From NCBI GenBank assembly GCA_049971295.1, contig JBMFLH010000046.1:1-15104 (forward strand): a stretch of DNA of 15,104 nt. The letters run 5' to 3'. Position numbers and translations under genes: made by a program. This DNA is from Candidatus Ratteibacteria bacterium. GTDB lineage: Bacteria > Ratteibacteria > UBA8468 > B48-G9 > DTJG01. The notes under the pieces are model-generated. The model saw only the letters and a list, made by a program, of their open reading frames with translations, ran no database searches and was not told the DNA's origin. Below are positions 8,254-15,104 of the stretch, in pieces (the first letter of the stretch is position 1; every line of letters begins with the position of its first letter).

Positions 8254-8283
8254 ATCATACTTTCAGTTGTTCTAATGTGTCAA
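8254..8283 (-). promoter_or_regulatory. Near-consensus sigma70 promoter for the prepilin-like gene
   Basis: TTGACA (8283..8278) - 18 bp - TATGAT (8259..8254) - 8 nt - ATG (8245); no SD. Confidence 0.6.
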
Positions 8284-8791
8284 CAATCCATGCATCAATC
8301 TTTCCATAATCTTCAAAACTCAAGATAGCACCAAAAAAGAGTTTGTAGGATTATCCGGGAAATTTTTTTCAAAGGCCTGTTCTATCTTTCTGGCATCCCC
8401 CCTGTAAATTTTGTAAAGATATGCCAGGTCAAAGACGTCTCTTGGGGCAATTTTTGGGCCTGAAACATAAATTTTGTTCAGAAACAAATCATAATCAGAA
8501 GCAATTCTGATTTCCAGAAATTTTTCAATTCTTTCTATATTCTTGAATGGAAAAAACACAAATGAAACCCTGATATTCTGAATATAGAAATCAACATTGT
8601 CCTGAAATTCTTCGTATCTCTGCACTGTGTGGGTTTTTTTAATTTTTGATAAATGTGTCTGAATGAGAAAGTATGTGTTGGTTGAAAAAATCAAGATCTT
8701 TGCTTTCTCTGTGCATGTGCCACAACATAATTGCTGTGCGTGTGTCCCACAGGTATCTCTGAAATTTTTTCGGGATATGTACCTGGTGCAT
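8255..8791 (-). pseudogene. Degraded antitoxin + AbiEii/AbiGii-family nucleotidyltransferase toxin remnant
   Basis: Frame 1 (ATG 8791 to TAA 8639): MHQVHIPKKFQRYLWD-TRTAIMLWHMHRESKDLDFF, containing the AbiEii motif TA.ML...HR.S.DLDFF without the leading GG. Frame 2 (ORF 8320..8694): IRVSFVFFPF...IRIASDYDLFLNK...RDVFDL. Frame 3 (about 8350 to TGA 8255): SYKLFFGAILSFEDYGKIDAWIVDTLEQLKV. Confidence 0.8.
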
Positions 8792-8890
8792 AAATTCTGG
8801 TTTTATTCTTTTCAATGTGTGATTTTTGATAATGGACTTTTTCTCCCTTTATTGATTGTACACCATCAGGCAATGATTTTCAATGGTCAT

Positions 8891-11866
8891 TCAGTACTCA
8901 ATTTTGAGAGTACTCATTTCATATGATGAAATTTCCATTTGAAGTGTGCCAGCGCATTTAATGTTTTCCAGTGGTTTTTCATCAAGAGAAACACGGTAAA
9001 TTTTGCGGGGTCTTTTGTGAAATATAATTGTAATCTTCTGTTTTTCCCCGAGCATTTCAACAAGGCGTAATATCATAGACCTTCCGTCCATTGATGGTTT
9101 GAGGCAAACTGGAACAACCTGACCTTTAATTTCAAAGAGAGAAAAATTCTGGTCAGGTCTTGCGTCTGTTTCCATAGCCACAACAGGCAATGTAAATTCA
9201 GCAGCAAGTTTTGTGATTTCCACAGGATTCATTCTGCCGAAAAATAATCTATAGGAAATTTCGTGCATGCCAGTGTCTGACTGAGCATCTGGTTCATAGG
9301 CATTTCTCAGCAGTGTGATAGAAAGTTTGTTTCCATGCACATTGAACCCATGCCTGTTTTTTGTAATAATTCCAGCCCAATAATTTTTTTCTTTCATTGC
9401 TGCCCACCTGAGCCCAGGCCACTCCTGACCATTTTTTTCTCTCTCAATGCATCCGAATGGTATTTCATAGTAAGCAGAAGGATTTTCCATTGAAAAAGAA
9501 AAATTTGTTCTTACCATTGGGATTCCGTATTGTGAACCGCCAAGTTCTTTCCAGTCAATCAATGTTTCAAAGTCAATGTAAGGAAAATCAGGATAAAGAA
9601 TGGTATTTTGAGTAATTGTGGAATTTTTGTATTGTCTTTTCACAGAGAAAATTGTTCTGAATGGCTCGCAGATGACTTTGCTAAACTTCATTTCGTACAG
9701 ATTTTCTGTTCTGACAATGTTTCCGATAATCCATGCGCTCATATGATGGGGTTGCTCATAGTGAATAGAAATCAAATTGCTGGAAGTTTCTGCCCACCAT
9801 GAGGACGGGTCTTCTCCAATTGCACTTTTTGCAATAGAAAGGACAGATTTTTTATTTTTTTTGTCATAGAGGGTCTTGATTGTACCGGTGCTTTCATCTA
9901 TATCTATCCGGTAAAAATCTGTTTCCCAGACATATTGAGATATTTGCTTTATCGAGATTGTTGATAACTGATCGATATCAACAGTGTTTTTTGTGATGAA
10001 GCCGCAACCCGGAATTTTTTCAACAATGCGGTATCCCTCTGATTTAACATTCACCAGCGCAGACCTTTCCCAGGGACATGGGTTGAATATCATTAGAGAT
10101 TTTCCATCCTTTTCTGGCATTTGCTTGACATAAGTTTCTATCATCTTTCTGGCGTCAGCAATGACACTGTTGCCAAGTTCCACAGAATAATTGTACGATG
10201 ATTTGATTGCTGAACCGCACAGGATATCATGAAACTGGTTGAAAAGTGTTTTCTGCCAGAGTTGTTCAAGTTTTCTAATATCTTCAACCGCAATTCTGCC
10301 ACCCAGTGAAAGAAAAACAGCCATTGCGCTTTCAAGGGTCAACAAAATATCCTCACATTTTCTGTTGGTATCTTTAATGTCAGAATGAGTTGTGTAACAA
10401 CCTTCAAAAATCGTGTTCAATTCTCCCTTTACAACAGGAAGTTTTGACTTATATCTTTCAACTGCTCTGAAATATCGTTCTGCTGTAGAAAATACCAGTG
10501 ACGGCATGACAGGTTTTCCCTGCATTCTCACTTTCATCCTGTAATCTCGTTTTGTTGGACCACCGCCATGGTCACCCACTCCATAGGGAAACATCATGTG
10601 CGGTACCCCGGGCAATAATTTAATAAACTTTATAAGAGATGGTATAACTCTTTCTGGGGAAATCCAGTTATTATAAATGGCTTTGTAAGACAGTACTTCT
10701 TTCCCATCAGGACCTTTCCATCTGTAAAGGGGATAGTCCTTACCGCATCTCATATGAAAGTAATATTGAATTCCTGCATCAGCGCAAATCGTGGGCATTG
10801 TTGCAGGGTGTCCGAAAGTATCCGGACACCACATAACAGGAGAAAGATTGCCAAGTTTTTCCTGTGCATATTTTTTTGCGTAAAGAATATGACGAACCAA
10901 ACTTTCTCCATGTACAAGATTCAGGTCATTTTCAACCCAGGCATTTGCTACTACCTCCCAACGTTTTTCCTTTATCCTTTTCACGGTTTTTGAAAACAGT
11001 TCTGGGTTTGTCTGTTCCACGATTTGATAAACATGCGACTGGCTTTGAGAAAAAGTCAGTTCAGGAAATTGTTCCATGAGTGATGTGACTGAAGCAAAGT
11101 CCCTGACACAAACATCTTTTGTGTTTTCATAATTCCATAACCAGTTCATGTCTATGTGGGCATGTCCAATAAGATGGACTGTAAATTTTTTTGCGATACC
11201 TCTGAAAGCTTCCAGGACAGTTTCCGCCTTTTTTATTTGCTGTAAAACATCTGTCCAGTTTCTTTCTCTAATGTCCTGGACTTTGATACAATTCAGAGCA
11301 GATTCAATGGCATTGTTCAGTTTCTTTTCGTGTCTTGATTTTGCGATGGCAATAGCAAACGCAAGTTGATATCTGATGGACATCAGTTCAAAAAGTATTT
11401 CTTCAATGGCGTCTATATGCAAAATCGCATAAATTCCTCCGTGTCCATCGCCTTTTGGTACTTTGAGCAAAAGCGTATGGATACTACCTGGTATTGCATT
11501 TTCAATAATTTTCAATGGCTCGGGTCGCATATCTGCCCAGTATTGTTGTGAATAAACTTCTTTATCGTCAACAAACAGGGTGATTCCAGAAGGAAATGTG
11601 AATTCAATTTTGATGTCAGAACCGCCACATGGTATGCGTTCAATCTCAGAAGGAGCAACAAGTTTGTATCTTAAAAACGCAGTTCCTTCAGCAGTTGCCC
11701 AGATCGGATCTTTGATTGTTTTCCACGATGATTCATCAAATCTGGCTGTATCTCCTGGTTCATTGACCTGCTGGAATTCCCATGTTCTAAGCCATATCTG
11801 TTGCTGAACTGCTTCATAAACACTGTCTATTTCTTTTTCAATTTGAGAAAAGATTTTATTATCCAT
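8891..11866 (-). CDS. Glycoside hydrolase family 38 alpha-mannosidase
   Basis: 991 aa. GHAHIDMNWLW, WCPDTFGH (nucleophile Asp), GVGDHGGGPT, GCYTTH, NQFHDILCGS and YEIPFG. SD AGGGGA upstream. Confidence 0.93.
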   Translation of the reverse strand: MDNKIFSQIEKEIDSVYEAVQQQIWLRTWEFQQVNEPGDTARFDESSWKTIKDPIWATAEGTAFLRYKLVAPSEIERIPCGGSDIKIEFTFPSGITLFVDDKEVYSQQYWADMRPEPLKIIENAIPGSIHTLLLKVPKGDGHGGIYAILHIDAIEEILFELMSIRYQLAFAIAIAKSRHEKKLNNAIESALNCIKVQDIRERNWTDVLQQIKKAETVLEAFRGIAKKFTVHLIGHAHIDMNWLWNYENTKDVCVRDFASVTSLMEQFPELTFSQSQSHVYQIVEQTNPELFSKTVKRIKEKRWEVVANAWVENDLNLVHGESLVRHILYAKKYAQEKLGNLSPVMWCPDTFGHPATMPTICADAGIQYYFHMRCGKDYPLYRWKGPDGKEVLSYKAIYNNWISPERVIPSLIKFIKLLPGVPHMMFPYGVGDHGGGPTKRDYRMKVRMQGKPVMPSLVFSTAERYFRAVERYKSKLPVVKGELNTIFEGCYTTHSDIKDTNRKCEDILLTLESAMAVFLSLGGRIAVEDIRKLEQLWQKTLFNQFHDILCGSAIKSSYNYSVELGNSVIADARKMIETYVKQMPEKDGKSLMIFNPCPWERSALVNVKSEGYRIVEKIPGCGFITKNTVDIDQLSTISIKQISQYVWETDFYRIDIDESTGTIKTLYDKKNKKSVLSIAKSAIGEDPSSWWAETSSNLISIHYEQPHHMSAWIIGNIVRTENLYEMKFSKVICEPFRTIFSVKRQYKNSTITQNTILYPDFPYIDFETLIDWKELGGSQYGIPMVRTNFSFSMENPSAYYEIPFGCIEREKNGQEWPGLRWAAMKEKNYWAGIITKNRHGFNVHGNKLSITLLRNAYEPDAQSDTGMHEISYRLFFGRMNPVEITKLAAEFTLPVVAMETDARPDQNFSLFEIKGQVVPVCLKPSMDGRSMILRLVEMLGEKQKITIIFHKRPRKIYRVSLDEKPLENIKCAGTLQMEISSYEMSTLKIEY

Positions 11867-11984
11867 ATATCCCCTGAAGTTCAGACAAAAGTTTTACATA
11901 TTTTACCAAAGAGTGGTAGCAGGTCAAAATTTATATTTTTCTTAAATATCGTATAATACTGGCATCTCTGTAAAAGGGAGCAAG

Positions 11985-12725
11985 ATGTTTGATTACAATC
12001 TATCAATATGGGGTTGGTGTTTTCTGTCTCTGGCAGGAATTTTTATCGGGATATCAAAAACTGGTATCCCTGGTCTTGGAATGCTGGCTGTAGCAATGGC
12101 TGCGCTTGTCATACCTGCAAGATTGTCAACAGGCGTGATTCTTCCAATGTTGATACTGGGAGATGTTTTTGCAGTGGCGTATTATAGAAGACATGCAAGA
12201 TGGAAGTATCTGATCACACTGATACCATGGGCTGCAATCGGGATAATTTCAGGTTATTTTGCTCTTGGAAGAATGACTGACCAGCAATTGCAACCCATGA
12301 TAGGATTTATTGTTCTTGTGCTTTTATGGTTGAATGAGGCAGACATTCTCAACAGGTTTCGTATTCCTGAAAGATGGTGGTTTGCTGCTGTGATTGGATT
12401 AAGCGCAGGTTTCACGACAATGATAGCAAATGCAGCAGGTTCTATCATGATTATTTATCTTCTTGCCATGCGGCTTCCAAAGCAGGAATTCATAGGCACA
12501 GGCGCCTGGTATTTTTTTCTTTTGAACTGGGTCAAAGTGCCTTTCAGTGCAAGTTTGGGCCTTATTAATCCGAAGTCCTTGCTTCTGAATCTGAAGGTAG
12601 CGCCTGCAATTATGATTGGCGCGATTTCCGGGATTTATCTGGTAAAAATTATTCCACAAAAGATATTTGAAAATATCATCAAAATTCTTACAGTCATTGC
12701 CGCAGCAAAACTCATTACTGGTTAA
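11985..12725 (+). CDS. Sulfite exporter TauE/SafE (TSUP) family membrane protein
   Basis: 246 aa, multi-TM, with two repeated glycine-rich halves (GISKTGIPGLG; GLSAGFTTMIANAAG) and FIGTGAWYFFLLNWVKVP. SD AGGGAG; TATAAT at 11952-11957. Confidence 0.88.
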   Translation: MFDYNLSIWGWCFLSLAGIFIGISKTGIPGLGMLAVAMAALVIPARLSTGVILPMLILGDVFAVAYYRRHARWKYLITLIPWAAIGIISGYFALGRMTDQQLQPMIGFIVLVLLWLNEADILNRFRIPERWWFAAVIGLSAGFTTMIANAAGSIMIIYLLAMRLPKQEFIGTGAWYFFLLNWVKVPFSASLGLINPKSLLLNLKVAPAIMIGAISGIYLVKIIPQKIFENIIKILTVIAAAKLITG

Positions 12726-12736
12726 AAGGAGTAAAA

Positions 12737-13795
12737 ATGGATGGAAGGGTAAAAATTGTATTTGTTGGAGTAGGTGCAATGGGGCAGTGCGCTCATCTAA
12801 AACACTATGCCCTGATTCCTGATTGTGAAATTGTTGCAATATGTGAAAAGAAAAATTTGCTTGCCTCAAACGTTGCGTCAAAATATGGGATTGAGAAAGT
12901 GTATCACGATTTTTCAGAAATGCTTGAAAGAGAAAAATTTGACGCAATTGTCTCTTCACAGCCATTTACAAGGCATCTTGTGATGTTAAGAGAATTGCTG
13001 AAGGCAAAAAAACCTGTATTTATTGAAAAACCCCTTGCTGGTTCTGTTGAAGCAGGCGAAAAGATTGTTGAACAAATTAAAAAGGCAGGAACCTGGGTAA
13101 TGGTTGTTTACCATAAAAGAAATGACCCAGCAGTGATTTATGCAAAAGAAAAAATAGAATGTTTTAAGCAAACAGGTGAAATCGGAAAAATGACATACAT
13201 CAGAATGACCATGCCTCCTGGTGATTGGGTCGCAGGCGGATTTCACGATTTGATAAAGACAGAAGAAGCACTTTCCCTGGATTTTGACCCGATTCCTGAA
13301 AACATGGATAAAGGCACATTCAATCTGTACCTTGAATTTGTCAACTATTAAATTCACCAAGTGAATCTCATCAGATACCTATTTGGTGAGTCATACAAGG
13401 TGAAATATGCAGACAGGACAGGTGTTTTGAGGGTAGTTGAAAGTATTTCCGGTATACCCGGCATCATTGAAATGTCTCCATATAGGACTTCCCTCGACTG
13501 GCAGGAAAAGGCGCTTGTGTGTTTTGAAAAGGGTTTTATCGAAATATCACTGCCTGCTCCGCTTGCGTGTAACAGGGCAGGAAAAGTAAAAATTTATAGA
13601 GACATACCTTCTCCAGAAACAAGGATCCCTACACTTCCTCCCATCAGTGCCATGTATCAGCAGGCAATGAATTTTGTTCTTTCTATAAAGGGTGAAGCAA
13701 AACCCGCATGTTTTGCAGAAGAGGCATTAGAGGATTTGAGGATTGCACGCGACTACACAAAAATGCTTTGCACGGAAACGCGTAGTCAGGTATAA
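12737..13795 (+). pseudogene. Gfo/Idh/MocA family oxidoreductase interrupted by an in-frame TAA
   Basis: GVGAMG Rossmann motif and FIEKPLA. ORFs 12737..13351 and 13361..13795 share a frame and read FVNY*IHQVNLIRYLFG, with the stop at 13349-13351 just before the conserved His. Confidence 0.85.
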
Positions 13796-13822
13796 TTAAC
13801 TTGACCTCACAGGAGTGGAAAA

Positions 13823-14857
13823 ATTAAAGCGTTAATTCTTTTAGGTGGTTTCGGAACAAGGTTGAGACCGTTTACACTTACTACTCCGAAATCCCTTCTT
13901 CCTGTTGCCTGTATACCTTTGATTTATTATCAGTTTGAACTACTCGCAAAACATGGAATAAATAGCGTAATTCTTGCTATCAATCCGCATTGCAAAAGAT
14001 ACAGGGAACTTTTTACAATGGCAAAATCTCTTGGAATAAAACTATACCTGTGTTGTGAGAAAAAACCGCTTGGAACAGCAGGTGCAATAAGAAACGCAAA
14101 GAAATTTCTACAGGATGGTCCATTTTTCGTATTCAATGGAGATATTCTTACTGATTGCAATCTCACACAAATGTTTCAATTTCACAAAAGCTCAGGCGCT
14201 GATGTAAGTATTGCCGGGGTTGAGATACAAAACCCTGCTCACTTTGGAGTGATAATTTTTGACCAGAACAACAGGATAAAAAACTTTATTGAAAAACCGC
14301 AGCAACCAGTTTCAAAATTCATTAATGCTGGCATTTACATTATTCAACCGGATATTCTTGCTGATATCCCTTCGAATAGAGAGGTATCCATAGAAAAAGA
14401 AACATTTCCAGAATTAATAGCAAAAGGAAGGCATGTTTCTATGTATCTCCATACTGGATACTGGATGGATGTTGGAACGATTGATAATTATAAAAAAGCA
14501 AACTTTGATGCAGTTGACGGCAGGTTAAAACTTGAGTACAAAGAAAACTACTGTAACCAACTCACAACGAAAAATATCAAACTTGAAGGAAAATTGAAAA
14601 CCGCAAGAAATGTCGTGTTTGGCGAAAATGTTGTTATCAAAGGAACAGCAGTTATCGGAGACAATTGCTACATCGGAAATGGTTCTGTACTTCAAAATGT
14701 CATTCTTTTTAAGGATGTTTTTGTAGGGAAAAATTGTTTGATAGAAAATAGTATTATCGGGAATTCTGTGATTGTTGAAGAGAACTGCGAAATAAAAAAT
14801 ATTGCGGTTGGCGATAAGTGTTACCTATGTCAGTACACCCGCACAATAAAATCCTGA
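13823..14857 (+). CDS. NDP-sugar pyrophosphorylase (mannose-1-phosphate guanylyltransferase-like) with a C-terminal left-handed beta-helix
   Basis: The frame extends upstream of 13862 to ATT-AAA-GCG..., giving (M)KALILLGGFGTRLRPFT..PK.L. Also EKKPLGTAGAI, FNGDI, FIEKP, INAGIYI, SIEKETFP, YWMDVGT and hexapeptide repeats. SD AGGAG at 13811-13815. Confidence 0.88.
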   Translation: MKALILLGGFGTRLRPFTLTTPKSLLPVACIPLIYYQFELLAKHGINSVILAINPHCKRYRELFTMAKSLGIKLYLCCEKKPLGTAGAIRNAKKFLQDGPFFVFNGDILTDCNLTQMFQFHKSSGADVSIAGVEIQNPAHFGVIIFDQNNRIKNFIEKPQQPVSKFINAGIYIIQPDILADIPSNREVSIEKETFPELIAKGRHVSMYLHTGYWMDVGTIDNYKKANFDAVDGRLKLEYKENYCNQLTTKNIKLEGKLKTARNVVFGENVVIKGTAVIGDNCYIGNGSVLQNVILFKDVFVGKNCLIENSIIGNSVIVEENCEIKNIAVGDKCYLCQYTRTIKS

Positions 14858-14870
14858 AATCATTCTTTTA

Positions 14871-14944
14871 GCGCTTGTAGCTCAACAGGATAGAGCGTTA
14901 GCCTCCGGAGCTAAAGGCTGTGGGTTCGACTCCCACCAAGCGCG
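14871..14944 (+). tRNA. tRNA-Arg, anticodon CCG
   Basis: Acceptor stem GCGCTTG/CAAGCGC, D arm GCTC/GAGC, anticodon arm TTAGC-CTCCGGA-GCTAA, T arm GTGGG-TTCGACT-CCCAC, discriminator G. CCA is not encoded. Confidence 0.96.
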
Positions 14945-15104
14945 TTTCACTACTTTGAAAGGAGTCGAATGGAGCGAAGACGTATAAGTCCGAGCAAGCG
15001 AGGACTTGTGCGGCTGGCCGACCCGAGCCGTAGTGGGAGGCGAGGGCGCCGACTCCCACCAAGCGCGTTTCACTACTTTGAAAGGAGTCGAATGGAGCGA
15101 AGAC
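14927..15104 (+). repeat. tRNA-linked direct repeat with a 123-bp period, truncated by the window end
   Basis: 14927..14981 is identical to 15050..15104 (55 bp, CGACTCCCACCAAGCGCGTTTCACTACTTTGAAAGGAGTCGAATGGAGCGAAGAC). The first 18 nt are the tRNA 3' end. Confidence 0.93.

Noticed and set aside
8691..8873. 60-aa ORF MPDGVQ...
   Set aside because: No recognisable motif; the meaningful motifs (LWD, HRESKDLDFF) are in a different frame.
13349..13351. Stop-codon reassignment, selenocysteine or pyrrolysine
   Set aside because: The codon is TAA, which terminates many other genes in the window.
12399..13360. Minus-strand ORFs of 188 aa and 124 aa
   Set aside because: Shadow ORFs opposite well-supported TauE and oxidoreductase genes, with no motifs.
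14882..15073. 63-aa minus-strand ORF with repeated KRAWWES
   Set aside because: Antisense to the tRNA; the peptide repeat simply reflects the DNA repeat.
14927..15104. CRISPR array or classical prophage attR
   Set aside because: The repeat is at least 55 bp, starts within the tRNA and includes trailer sequence. There are no cas or integrase genes and only 68 bp between the visible copies.

Overview
AT-rich bacterial chromosomal segment, probably a whole contig: it begins inside an IS110-family transposase and ends inside a tRNA-linked tandem repeat. An H-X9-DG prepilin-like protein suggests a PVC-superphylum host (inference). Left, a minus-strand run: HAD phosphatase/AIR-synthase-like fusion, single-domain response regulator, carbon-nitrogen hydrolase, PcRGLX/YetA-like protein, an atypical cyclase-family protein, then the first 24 codons of an IS110 transposase. 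Middle: an overlapping Ser/Thr kinase + metallophosphoesterase pair, the prepilin-like gene, a deleted and frameshifted antitoxin/AbiEii toxin remnant, and a GH38 alpha-mannosidase. Right (plus strand): TauE/SafE transporter, a Gfo/Idh/MocA oxidoreductase broken by one in-frame TAA, an NDP-sugar pyrophosphorylase that appears to start at ATT, tRNA-Arg(CCG), and a structured 123-bp repeat carrying the tRNA 3' end. The best leads are the tRNA-linked repeat, the IS110 left end, the HAD-PurM-like fusion, the kinase/phosphatase pair, the ATT start and several apparently leaderless promoters.
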